NCBI GenBank assembly: GCA_038867615.1 | Contig: JAWBYA010000003.1 | Location: 160,001-224,000, forward strand | Source of the DNA: Sulfolobales archaeon | GTDB taxonomy: Archaea > Thermoproteota > Thermoprotei_A > Sulfolobales > AG1 | Length of the DNA stretch: 64,000 nt | Direction of reading: 5' to 3' | Part shown: one piece after another, positions 50,457 through 59,893 of the stretch | How positions within the stretch are numbered: position 1 is the stretch's first letter | How the letters are laid out: the number at the start of each line of letters is the position of its first letter | Notes under the pieces: model-generated | Database searches by the model: none | Told to the model about the DNA's origin: nothing | Seen by the model: the letters and a program-made list of their open reading frames with translations, nothing else | Translations under genes and position numbers: made by a program

Positions 50457-51388
50457 GCACCAGGATCGCCGGTATTCTTCGCAGCCTCGCCGAAATGATT
50501 AGAGAGGATAGGTATTTCGCAGCTGGTTTTATAACGATCTCGGTTGTGATTATTCTATCAGCAGCTGCTAGTATTATATCAACTTATGATCCGTATAAAA
50601 TAGATCTCATAAACAAGCTTAGGGGACCCTCACCAGAGCATCCTATGGGTACTGACCAGCTTGGTAGGGATCTCTTCACAAGAATCCTCTACGGAGGCAG
50701 ATATACTCTCTTCCTAAGCGCCTCAGCAATCGCATTAGCATTGGTAATAGGCCTGTTAGTAGGTACACTCTCGGGCTATTATAAGGGCTGGCTAGATCTG
50801 GTTGTTCAGAGGTTTGTTGACATATTAATGTCATTCCCATCCATAATTCTAGCCATAGCCTTGGCAACAATGCTGGGCTACGGTCTCGAAACCCTAGTTA
50901 TAGCTGTAGCTATAGCTGAATCGCCGTTCTTGATCAGGGTTGTGAGGGCTGCTGTTATCAGTATAAGGGATCTTCCCTACATCGAGGCTGCCAGGCTCAT
51001 GGGTTACGGGGATCTGTATGTTATATTGAGGCACGTGATACCCAATATAATGTATGTAGTGATTCCACAGGTAACGCTTCAAATGGGGTCGGCGATACTC
51101 ATAATAGCGGCGCTGGGTTTCTTGGGGATAGGGATAAAGCCCCCCACACCTGAGTGGGGCTCTATGCTTAACGAGGCTAGGGCGTATCTTATGGATTATC
51201 CGCATCTCCTCATATTTCCAGGTCTCATGATTTTCCTCTCTATTGTGAGTTTCAATATAGTTGGTGAGAGTCTCAAGATGAGGCTTGATCCTAAGGCTAG
51301 GAGTCTTATAAGGGGTAGATCCAGGTTAGTATGGGGGTTGTATAGAGGTGGTAGGAGGGGTCTAGATGAGCGCAATACTAGCTATTGA
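50453..51388 (+). CDS. dppC: peptide ABC permease
   Basis: HPMGTDQLGRD, YIEAARLMG and PPTPEWG motifs. Confidence 0.93.
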   Translation: MSTRIAGILRSLAEMIREDRYFAAGFITISVVIILSAAASIISTYDPYKIDLINKLRGPSPEHPMGTDQLGRDLFTRILYGGRYTLFLSASAIALALVIGLLVGTLSGYYKGWLDLVVQRFVDILMSFPSIILAIALATMLGYGLETLVIAVAIAESPFLIRVVRAAVISIRDLPYIEAARLMGYGDLYVILRHVIPNIMYVVIPQVTLQMGSAILIIAALGFLGIGIKPPTPEWGSMLNEARAYLMDYPHLLIFPGLMIFLSIVSFNIVGESLKMRLDPKARSLIRGRSRLVWGLYRGGRRGLDERNTSY

Positions 51389-52340
51389 GTCGCTTTCAGT
51401 AGCGTATCAGACTGAAAAGGGGCTCTTGAGGGCTGTTGATAACGTAGATCTTAGGATTGAGGATAAGGAGATAGTATGTCTAGTAGGCGAATCAGGATCT
51501 GGCAAAACAACTGTTGCCAACACGATCCTAAGGATCCTGCAGCCCAATGCAATAATACTTGGCGGTAGGGTTCTCTTCGAGGGCGTAGATCTCTTGGACA
51601 TAGATGAGGAGGATATGTCGAAGATCAGGGGGCGTAAGATCAATATAGTACCGCAGAACCCTTCAACAGCACTTAACCCTATACTCAGTATAGAGGATCA
51701 GTTCTGTGAATTTCTCAGGCATAAAAAGGATATTAGGGAGAGAAATAGGTGCAGGGAGATCGCCATAGATCTTCTGGGTAGGGTTGGTATAGCAGATCCA
51801 GAGAGGGTTCTGAAGCTCTACCCACACCAGCTAAGCGGTGGGATGAAGCAGAGGGTTCTGATAGCGATTGCTATATCGACAAGTCCTAGGTTATTGGTTG
51901 CTGACGAGCCTACGTCGATGCTAGATGCTACTATACAGTCACAGATCCTGGATTTGTTGCTTGATATAAATAGGAGGGAGGGGCTCTCAATGCTATTAAT
52001 AACACACGATCTTGGGGTTGCGATGAGTGCATGTAATAGGATCTATGTTATGTATGCTGGCGAGGTAGTTGAGTCAGGATCCACAGAGAGGGTTATTAAC
52101 AAACCCCTCCATCCATACACAATAGCACTTATCGATAACGCGTTTCTCAGCTTCAAGTCCCAGGGAATTAAAAGGGCTGTTAGTGGTGAACCACCAAACC
52201 TCATAGATCTTCCAAGTGGTTGTAGGTTTAGCTCTAGATGTCCTATGGCTTTTGATAAGTGTATGAAAGAGCGTCCTAGCCTTGTTCAGAAGGGTATTGA
52301 TTCTGTGAGGTGTTTTCTATACCATGACGCCTCAACTTAG
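51366..52340 (+). CDS. dppD: peptide ABC ATP-binding protein
   Basis: GESGSGKT, LSGGMKQR and GCRFSSRC motifs. Confidence 0.92.
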   Translation: MSAILAIESLSVAYQTEKGLLRAVDNVDLRIEDKEIVCLVGESGSGKTTVANTILRILQPNAIILGGRVLFEGVDLLDIDEEDMSKIRGRKINIVPQNPSTALNPILSIEDQFCEFLRHKKDIRERNRCREIAIDLLGRVGIADPERVLKLYPHQLSGGMKQRVLIAIAISTSPRLLVADEPTSMLDATIQSQILDLLLDINRREGLSMLLITHDLGVAMSACNRIYVMYAGEVVESGSTERVINKPLHPYTIALIDNAFLSFKSQGIKRAVSGEPPNLIDLPSGCRFSSRCPMAFDKCMKERPSLVQKGIDSVRCFLYHDAST

Positions 52341-53292
52341 GAAAGAGCCTATAGCTATGCTGGATAGTGTTTATAAATACTTCCCAGCCGTAGAAACGAT
52401 CTTTGGGAGGTCAAAGGCATATATAAGGGCTGTTGACGGTGTATCGCTCAATATATATGAAGGCGAGATCCTGGGGCTTGTTGGAGAGTCCGGGAGCGGG
52501 AAAACCACCGTCGCCAGGATAGTTGCTGGGCTCCTCAAGCCGGATAGGGGTAGGGTTCTCTACAGGGGCTTTGATATATATTCGGGCAAGATCCCGAAGC
52601 ATATTAGAAGAAAGATCCAGATGATCTATCAAGATCCCGAGGTATCTCTAGATCCTAGATATACTGTTAAGCAGACAATCGAGGAGGCATTGAAGGCAGC
52701 AGGGCGTAGTACTAATGAAACAAGAGATCTCGTGAGATCCCTAGGACTCTCTGAAGACGTTCTTGAAAAGATCCCTCAACAGCTTTCAGGAGGTCAGAAA
52801 CAGAGGGTGGCTATAGCACGGGCCCTAGCCATGAGACCGGATCTATTGATAGCAGACGAGCCAACCTCAGCACTCGATGTATCAACAAGAACCCAGATAT
52901 TAAATATACTGCTAGAGCTTAACAAAAGCTTTGGGATAACAATCATGATAATAACCCACGATCTCGGTGTTGCAGCATATATGAGCGACCGCATAGCTGT
53001 GATGTATTTAGGAAAAATAGTAGAAGTTGGAGCTGCAGAAGAGATTATAAAGGAGCCTAGGCATCCATATACAATGGCCCTCATATCATCAAGCCCCTCA
53101 GCATCGAGACTATCTAAAGCTAATATAAAGCCCATCGGCGAAATAGCATCACAGATCAATATACCCAAGGGTTGCAGATTCCACCCGAGATGTCCATTCG
53201 CCATGGAGATCTGTAGGAAGGAGGAGCCGCCGTATTTCGACGTTGGTGATGGACATATATCAGCGTGCTGGCTGCATAGGGAGCGCTCATAA
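52324..53292 (+). CDS. dppF: peptide ABC ATP-binding protein
   Basis: GESGSGKT, LSGGQKQR, DEPTSALD and GCRFHPRC motifs. Confidence 0.92.
   Translation: MTPQLRKEPIAMLDSVYKYFPAVETIFGRSKAYIRAVDGVSLNIYEGEILGLVGESGSGKTTVARIVAGLLKPDRGRVLYRGFDIYSGKIPKHIRRKIQMIYQDPEVSLDPRYTVKQTIEEALKAAGRSTNETRDLVRSLGLSEDVLEKIPQQLSGGQKQRVAIARALAMRPDLLIADEPTSALDVSTRTQILNILLELNKSFGITIMIITHDLGVAAYMSDRIAVMYLGKIVEVGAAEEIIKEPRHPYTMALISSSPSASRLSKANIKPIGEIASQINIPKGCRFHPRCPFAMEICRKEEPPYFDVGDGHISACWLHRERS
53168..53278 (+). repeat. 111-bp dispersed inverted repeat, copy 2 (partner at 33434-33544)
   Basis: 104/111 identity to the reverse complement of 33434-33544. Confidence 0.85.
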
Positions 53293-53360
53293 CACATGGC
53301 TAAAGATCACGTATTATTAGCTAATAATAAGCTAGAATAGATCCTAGTTTCGGGTTATTG

Positions 53361-54620
53361 TCAGTTTGGATATGTTAGCAGCCAATACCATAGTGGTATT
53401 AATTCTACTCCATCTATTTTCCCACTATAGTTCCACGTCAGTACTCTAACCTTCTTTGGTTTCAATTCCCTTTGTGCTTTCTTTAAAGCCCTTAGTTCTC
53501 TTTCTTTTATCTCATTCTCAGCATAGGTTACTTGGATCAATTCCTCTGCTTCGAAGTTCTTGCTTATGATGAAATCAACCTCTGCTCCAACGCTTTTCCC
53601 ATATTCTTTCCAATAGTACACCTCGCTCTCACCTCTTCTGAGGAGTTCGAGATAGACTGCGTTCTCCATAGCTCTCGATATTGAGAATTCATACCCTAGT
53701 GCTGTTGTATACCCTGTATCTATTATATAGAGTTTTTTAGGATTAGTCTTCCTTTTTCTCTCACTCTTCTGGAAGATCTCTACGGTGAATGCGAAATAGG
53801 TTTCTCTCGCCCTGTTGAGCATCTCTATAACCTTCTCCTTACCGATCGAGAAGCCCAGCGATCTGAGATAGCTATAGATCCTGTTTATAGTTACTAGCTG
53901 AGCATAATTAGATATAAGATATAGAGCTAGCACTTCAGCTAGTGGACCACCACCTAGGTCTCTCACAACCACTGAATCAAAATAAGCCCTAAGTATACGT
54001 CTCTTGTCACTCTCAAGGGTAACAGCTGGGTAAGCACCATAGTAAAGATACTCTCTCAGCATCGAGAGCACCTTACCCCTTTCAACACTATAGATAAGAA
54101 TATCAGGTTTCGGATCATAGCCTAGGAAAGATAGATATTCTCTAAAAGATAGCGGGTAAACCTCATAGTTCACACACCTACCTCTCAACTCGTCTGCAAT
54201 TCTCCTGGGTGTTAAGGAGGATGATGAGCCTGTTATATATATTCTAGCATTGAGCCTTCTCCTAAACCAACCTCCGTAGTCTCTAACAACCTGCAGTTCG
54301 TCAAGAAAAATATATTTAGGCTCCTTACCGGTGAGCTCCTGGAACGCTATAAGCATATCATCTAGATCCAATGCCGATAAACCCCTCAGCCTCGCATGCT
54401 CAAGATCTACATAGAGGATCTCATCCATACTAGCTTTACCACTCTCAATAATCTTTTTAATAGTTGAGAAGAGGAGATAGGTTTTACCGCTCCTCCTAGC
54501 ACCCGTAACCGCTACGATCAGATTAGAGTCTAGAGGCAGCGCGACCTCCCTATCCCTTACCTCAGGGATACCCCGGCTCAGCCACTCAGCGATAACATGC
54601 TTGAAATCCTCAATCCTCAT
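53361..54620 (-). CDS. AAA+ ATPase with wHTH and DUF4143 nuclease-like domain (COG1373)
   Basis: GARRSGKT, FLDELQ, TGSSS, YPLSFREY, KLYIIDTG and EVDF...IQV motifs. Confidence 0.9.
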   Translation of the reverse strand: MRIEDFKHVIAEWLSRGIPEVRDREVALPLDSNLIVAVTGARRSGKTYLLFSTIKKIIESGKASMDEILYVDLEHARLRGLSALDLDDMLIAFQELTGKEPKYIFLDELQVVRDYGGWFRRRLNARIYITGSSSSLTPRRIADELRGRCVNYEVYPLSFREYLSFLGYDPKPDILIYSVERGKVLSMLREYLYYGAYPAVTLESDKRRILRAYFDSVVVRDLGGGPLAEVLALYLISNYAQLVTINRIYSYLRSLGFSIGKEKVIEMLNRARETYFAFTVEIFQKSERKRKTNPKKLYIIDTGYTTALGYEFSISRAMENAVYLELLRRGESEVYYWKEYGKSVGAEVDFIISKNFEAEELIQVTYAENEIKERELRALKKAQRELKPKKVRVLTWNYSGKIDGVELIPLWYWLLTYPN

Positions 54621-54631
54621 TTTCTACCAAT

Positions 54632-54686
54632 ACTGGTCTATTACAGACCGGTTTATAAATAAAAGTGGTCTATAATAGACCACTTT
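54632..54686. promoter_or_regulatory. two GGTCT-N5-AGACC palindromic operators flanking the TTTATAAA box of the AAA+ ATPase gene
   Basis: GGTCTATTACAGACC at 54635-54649, TTTATAAA at 54652-54659 and AAAGTGGTCTAT-A-ATAGACCACTTT at 54662-54686. Confidence 0.7.
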
Positions 54687-55036
54687 ATAGCTAGGAACAG
54701 CTAATCATAGTTTAATAGCCATTCAAGAGATTTGCGTGCTAAGAGCTTCTCATTAGATGCTTGATACATTGATCTTTTATAGATAGCCGAAAATCTCATA
54801 ATGACGGAAGAGCATGTTAAACCAGATCATTAACTAGGTCAATGATCCATAGGATTGTCTACAGCTATCAAGGGCTTCCTCGCGATTCACGGAAGACTCC
54901 CAACCAGTTGGTGTGTATATTGTGTGGTTATAATCATATGTGCTATAGCCTTGATTATAATGCTGGAAGAGAGGGTTGAATGCCCGATTCTTTTATTATA
55001 TTATTAATGACCCAGCCGTTTTGGTCGTGTGTTATG

Positions 55037-57454
55037 TTATTCGAAGCCCTTGTTCTTTGTGCTTTTTCCTCTGCTTCTGATGCTGCTGAGGGATTCTAGC
55101 AATATTTTTCTCTCTATACCTGCCACGATACGTCTTGTGCTGATCACGGCGTCCGGGTTTACTGAGATGCTATCTATACCTTCTCTCACTAGGAATTCCA
55201 CTATCTCTGGGTAATAACTTGGTGCCTGTCCACAGATTGAGACTGTTCTTCCATTCCTCTTGGCACCTCTTATGATCATGCTCATTGCCTTTAACACTGC
55301 TTCGTCCCTTTCATCGAAATAGCCCATTGAGCTTAGAAGGTCTGAATCCCTATCTATCCCGAGGATCATTTGTGTTAGATCGTTGCTACCGATGCTGAAG
55401 CCGTCGAAGTATTTCGAGAACTCGTCTATCATGAGGGCTATTGATGGGACCTCAGCCATTGCCCATATCTTGAAATCCCTCGAGCTCTTAAGCCCTTCCT
55501 CAGCCATCAGCTCTATCACCCTCTCAGCCTCCCATACCGTTCTAACCATGGGGATCATAACCCATACGTTCTTCAGCCCCATCTCATCCCTAACCCTCTT
55601 GACAGCCTTTAGCTCGAGCTTGAATGCATCTCTATATAGAGGGTGTATATATCTTGAAGCCCCTCTCCAGCCTATCATCGGGTTTCTCTCATCAGGTTCG
55701 AACTCCTCTCCTCCTATTAGTTTCTTATACTCGTTGCTCTTGAAATCGCTGAACCTGACGACAACCGGTCTGGGAGCGATCCTCGATGCAACCATAGCTA
55801 TACCGCTTGCAAGTCTGTCTATGAAGAACTCCTGCCTCTCAGTCTTTATGAGGTAGAGTGGGTGGTAGCCAACCCAGCTTGATATTACGAACTCTATCCT
55901 CATAAGGCCTATCCCGTCGAATGGGAGTCTGAGGTACCTCTCTATAGCCTCTGGCTCGCCCAGGTTCATATAGATCTTTGTTGCTGTGGGTATATAGAGC
56001 TCCTCCCACTCCCTCTCCCCAGCCTTGGTTGTGGTCTGTGCTAGGCTAACCTCTACTTGGCCGTTCTCTATAATATCTCTATAGGTCTCGGGGTTCTCCA
56101 TAACCTCTATCACGCCCCTACTACCATCCACCTTAAGGATCTCTCCATCTTTTATCGTGTCAAGAATCCCTGGTACACCAACTACAGCAGGGATCCCTAG
56201 CTCCCTAGCTGTTATCGCTGCATGGCTTGTAACACCGCCCCTCTCAGTAACTATGGCAGAGGCTATCCTCATTATTGGGACCCAGTCTGGGTCTGTCATG
56301 AGGGTGACGAGGATCTCGCCCCTGTTAAACCCCTTAGCTTTAGCCTCGCCTATATCTCTCAGGATTTTAGCCCTACCAATAGCTATTCCGGGTGAGGCGG
56401 CGAGTCCTTTAAAGACCCTTTTTTCTTTAGCAATGCTTCCTCTGGGCTTCTGGCTTGGCATGTTTAGGTTTGTGACTGGTCTCACTTGGAGGATATATAG
56501 CCTTCCGCTACTATCTATAGCCCACTCTATATCTACTGGGCTTCCGATAAGTTCTTCTAGTCTGACTGCTACTTTAGCTATCTCTATGGCTTCTTGATCC
56601 GATATGCTCTGCTCACCAGCCCTCTTCTCATCGACAGGTTTCTCGCTATTAATACCCTTTACAGGGTCGTAGACATACTCTCTATCCTTTTTAGAGATAA
56701 ACTTCTCCACAATCTTAAGGCTCTTCTTATCAATCACAAGCTTATCAGGTGTTATGACTCCTCTCACGATATATTCTCCCAACCCCCATATGCTCTCGAT
56801 CACAACTATATCTGGATCTCCGTCGAGTGGGTTGACTGTGAATGTGACGCCAGAGGATCTGGAGTCAACCATGAGTTGAACAATAACAGCCATTAAGAGG
56901 CTCTCCACATTCACAAGCCCTTTAGCCTTTCTATAGACAAGAGCTCTTGCATTGAATAAAGAGGCCCAGCACTTCTTTATAGACTGTATAACATTCTCAG
57001 CCCCTATAACGTTTAAGAAAGTATCGTGCTGTCCCGCAAAAGCAGCGCTGCTCAGATCCTCAGCCACTGCTGAGCTCCTTACAGCGACTCTGCATCTCTC
57101 GCTCCCAGTTACCCTTAGACATAGATCTCTATACGCATTAGACACATCCTCAGCTATTTCTCTAGGCATTTCAGCAGACTCTATCTTCTCTATAATACTT
57201 CTGCTTATTTTATCCACTCTATCTGGTGAGGCTTTTTCCTCAAGAGTCTCTATAGCCTCTTCTATAATTCTTCCAAGCCCGCTCTGCCTGAGGAACTTGC
57301 TGAAAGCACTTGTAGGGACTATAAAACCAGGGGTTGTCGGGATCTTGTTTTTAACAAGCCTTATTATACCGAGGGCTTTACCACCAACCACATTTATATC
57401 CTCGGGAGCCTCTTCCAGGCTGATCACGTGTTTCTGGGTAGCTGTTTCTTCCAT
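55037..57454 (-). CDS. ppsA: phosphoenolpyruvate synthase (pyruvate, water dikinase)
   Basis: VGGKA, AVRSSA..ED, FAGQHDT, GGVTSHAAI, ERNPMIGWRG and FSIGSNDLTQ motifs. Confidence 0.96.
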   Translation of the reverse strand: MEETATQKHVISLEEAPEDINVVGGKALGIIRLVKNKIPTTPGFIVPTSAFSKFLRQSGLGRIIEEAIETLEEKASPDRVDKISRSIIEKIESAEMPREIAEDVSNAYRDLCLRVTGSERCRVAVRSSAVAEDLSSAAFAGQHDTFLNVIGAENVIQSIKKCWASLFNARALVYRKAKGLVNVESLLMAVIVQLMVDSRSSGVTFTVNPLDGDPDIVVIESIWGLGEYIVRGVITPDKLVIDKKSLKIVEKFISKKDREYVYDPVKGINSEKPVDEKRAGEQSISDQEAIEIAKVAVRLEELIGSPVDIEWAIDSSGRLYILQVRPVTNLNMPSQKPRGSIAKEKRVFKGLAASPGIAIGRAKILRDIGEAKAKGFNRGEILVTLMTDPDWVPIMRIASAIVTERGGVTSHAAITARELGIPAVVGVPGILDTIKDGEILKVDGSRGVIEVMENPETYRDIIENGQVEVSLAQTTTKAGEREWEELYIPTATKIYMNLGEPEAIERYLRLPFDGIGLMRIEFVISSWVGYHPLYLIKTERQEFFIDRLASGIAMVASRIAPRPVVVRFSDFKSNEYKKLIGGEEFEPDERNPMIGWRGASRYIHPLYRDAFKLELKAVKRVRDEMGLKNVWVMIPMVRTVWEAERVIELMAEEGLKSSRDFKIWAMAEVPSIALMIDEFSKYFDGFSIGSNDLTQMILGIDRDSDLLSSMGYFDERDEAVLKAMSMIIRGAKRNGRTVSICGQAPSYYPEIVEFLVREGIDSISVNPDAVISTRRIVAGIERKILLESLSSIRSRGKSTKNKGFE

Positions 57455-57580
57455 TCATTATACCCATAATACTAGTTCATATAGGGTATAAAAATTATTA
57501 TGATAACACCTAACCAGCTAGGCCTTCTATGGCGACGAGCACGTGGTTTATAACCCCCAATGTATAGAAAACATATTGGA

Positions 57581-57683
57581 GCCGCCGTAGCTCAGCTGGT
57601 AGAGCGCCGGCCTTGTACGGTGTTATAGAACCGAGGTCGCCCAGGATAGCCGGCGGTCGCGGGTTCGAATCCCGCCGGCGGCT
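57581..57683 (+). tRNA. tRNA-Thr(TGT) with 30-nt intron at 37/38 (57618-57647)
   Basis: CCGGC-CT-TGT-A|intron|A-GCCGG; BHB with central helix CTTG/CAGG and 3-nt bulges TAC and ATA. Confidence 0.93.
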
Positions 57684-57740
57684 CTAATCCGCATATCATG
57701 GTTATAACCCCTTACTCGTAATATAGATTGCGTGGGTAGT

Positions 57741-58844
57741 ATGCATGTAATCATACTTGCTGGGGGTTTTGCGACAAGGCTTAGACCATTAACGCTGACG
57801 AGACCCAAAGCCCTTCTCCCTGTGCTTGATAGGCCTCTGGTGGACTGGATCCTTGAGGAGTCTGTGAGGAGTGGTGCTAAGAGGGTGACTCTTGCTCTTT
57901 ACCATATGCATGATAGGATCTTGGGGCATGTTCTCTCTAGATGGGGGGATGATGTATTGATAGACCACTATGTTGAGCACGTACCTCTAGGTGATGCAGG
58001 GCCTTTGAGGGAGATAGGCGAGAGGCTTGGTATAGATTATCCTGTGGTGGTGATCTATGGCGATATCTTCAGCTCTATAAGCATTAGGAATATATATAGC
58101 TATCACAAAGCTAAGGGCGGTATAGCGACAATCGCTATTACAAAAACCAGTGATGTGAGGAGGTTCGGGGCCGTCGATATAGATAGTGATAACAGGGTTA
58201 GGGGTTTTATTGAGAAGCCGCCGATAGAGACTCCGGGCTATATAAATGCAGGTGTCTATGTCTTTAGCGAGGAGGCTATAAAGCATATAGAGGTTGGGAA
58301 GAAGCAAGGCATAGGTAGGGATCTTATGCCAAGGCTCCTCAAGAAGGGGGATGTATATGCATATATACATAGTGGTGTGTGGAACGACATAGGCATGCCT
58401 GAGGATTATATAAAGGCTAACCTAGACGCGCTCAGCATGGTGAGCGGGGATAGTATGTATATAAGTCCTAAGGCTTTTATCAAAGGTAATGTGGAGACAA
58501 ACCCACCTCTCTATATAGGGGATGGTGTGAGCATAGATGATGGAGCATCAATAGGTTATGGCTCAATAATAATGAAGGGTGCAAAGATAGGCAAGGGCTC
58601 TCTTATAATAGGAAGCCTGGTTATGGAGAGAGCTATTATAGAGCAGAGTGCTATTATAATAAACTCTATAGTTGGCGAGGGGAGCTATATAGGTAGATGG
58701 ACCAGGGTTTCTAAGAAATGCATAGTAGGCGACGGAGTATATCTGGGCGACACGGCATGCCTTGGTGAGGGGACAATCGTTCTCCCCTACAAGGATCTCG
58801 GTACAGTGGATCTATGTAACGAGACAGGAAAAGTAATCCTCTAG
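57741..58844 (+). CDS. NDP-sugar pyrophosphorylase (mannose-1-phosphate guanylyltransferase-like)
   Basis: ILAGGFATRLRPLT..RPKALLPV, FIEKP and a hexapeptide left-handed beta-helix C-terminus. Confidence 0.92.
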   Translation: MHVIILAGGFATRLRPLTLTRPKALLPVLDRPLVDWILEESVRSGAKRVTLALYHMHDRILGHVLSRWGDDVLIDHYVEHVPLGDAGPLREIGERLGIDYPVVVIYGDIFSSISIRNIYSYHKAKGGIATIAITKTSDVRRFGAVDIDSDNRVRGFIEKPPIETPGYINAGVYVFSEEAIKHIEVGKKQGIGRDLMPRLLKKGDVYAYIHSGVWNDIGMPEDYIKANLDALSMVSGDSMYISPKAFIKGNVETNPPLYIGDGVSIDDGASIGYGSIIMKGAKIGKGSLIIGSLVMERAIIEQSAIIINSIVGEGSYIGRWTRVSKKCIVGDGVYLGDTACLGEGTIVLPYKDLGTVDLCNETGKVIL

Positions 58845-58937
58845 CAAGTCTAATAGTTTCGACCACCTCTCTCCACGTAAGCACTATACGGTAAAGCAGA
58901 TATCACACCACAGCATAGAGAGTATTAGGTGTGAATA

Positions 58938-59129
58938 ATGGCTCTGAAGGTAATCAGTGTAAAACTAGATGAGGAGACGATAGAGCTTCTAGATAGATAT
59001 GCCGAGAAGCATGGAATGAATAGATCCGAGGTTATCAGAGAAGCCATAAGAAGGATCATAAACAGTGCTAGGGAGGATAACAAGGCTAGGAGCATGATTA
59101 CTTATAAAACCGTCAGGATATACACATAA
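58938..59129 (+). CDS. CopG/ribbon-helix-helix DNA-binding protein
   Basis: VISVKLDEETIELLDRYAEKHGMNRSEVIREAI; AGGTG SD. Confidence 0.9.
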   Translation: MALKVISVKLDEETIELLDRYAEKHGMNRSEVIREAIRRIINSAREDNKARSMITYKTVRIYT

Positions 59130-59132
59130 TGA

Positions 59133-59234
59133 GCCGCCGTAGCTCAGCCGGCAGAGCGCCGGGCTCATACGGCTTTATAGACCGGGGTCGCCTGAGAAAC
59201 CCGGAGGTCGCGGGTTCGAATCCCGCCGGCGGCA
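59133..59234 (+). tRNA. elongator tRNA-Met(CAT) with 29-nt intron at 37/38 (59170-59198)
   Basis: GCCGCCG acceptor (G1-C72, not the initiator A1-U72); CCGGG-CT-CAT-A|intron|A-CCCGG; BHB central helix CTCA/TGAG. Confidence 0.9.
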
Positions 59235-59235
59235 C

Positions 59236-59763
59236 CTAGGCGTCTCCATTCTCTTGTGCTGCTATATAGAATGAGATTATGTAGAGTATTAATAGTGCAA
59301 CTCTGGAAGCTATATCGCTCAGCCTACCTCCTCTAAGAATCAGCATTGATATATAGTTGTTGCTTGATTTAACACCAATGGATCTGTTGAGAAGCTCCAT
59401 ATAGGTTATGGCATCACTTAGAGGTACGCGATCCTCAGATAGTATTATTGATGTTGAGATCGCTAGATCCTCTAGGTTCGCTGCAATACCCCGTAATATA
59501 TTCTCTGGGAGGCTGTTTGTAACAATATACCTCGCCAGGTCGTGGTCGTATCTAAATAGCTTTAGGCTAGAGATCCACATTGAGGCGTATAGCCTCAGCT
59601 CTCGATCTATGTGGGAACCATGCTCAGGATCTTTTTTACCGCTTATAAGATCTATTATTCTTAATGCATAAACAACCGGTTGAGGAGGCTCCCACTCATC
59701 AGTCTCAAGACTTGGTAATGTTCTATCCAGGATATGTATAGAGCTATCAACATCTATGGACAT
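59236..59763 (-). CDS. hypothetical protein
   Basis: 175-aa helical ORF that fills the gap, with an AT-rich promoter-like region upstream. Confidence 0.65.
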   Translation of the reverse strand: MSIDVDSSIHILDRTLPSLETDEWEPPQPVVYALRIIDLISGKKDPEHGSHIDRELRLYASMWISSLKLFRYDHDLARYIVTNSLPENILRGIAANLEDLAISTSIILSEDRVPLSDAITYMELLNRSIGVKSSNNYISMLILRGGRLSDIASRVALLILYIISFYIAAQENGDA

Positions 59764-59893
59764 CCAGATCCCGGTAGTAGGGCTTCACCAGTGTTACCAT
59801 TTTAAATAATAACCCCCAACAGGCTATCTGTATCATCGGCTCCATATTACCATAACGGCCTCTGGTCTATATGATCCCCGGGCTCTGGGGTCT

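Noticed and set aside
54825-54847. Imperfect palindrome GATCATTAAC-TAG-GTCAATGATC
   Set aside because: Isolated, not clearly at a promoter, and partly explained by the GATC abundance.
57623-57808. 61-aa minus-strand ORF
   Set aside because: It is antisense to tRNA-Thr(TGT) and the NDP-sugar gene start.
57655-59233. 28-bp direct repeat of tRNA 3' halves as attL/attR of an integrated element
   Set aside because: Both copies are complete tRNAs, there is no integrase, and the enclosed genes look like housekeeping genes.
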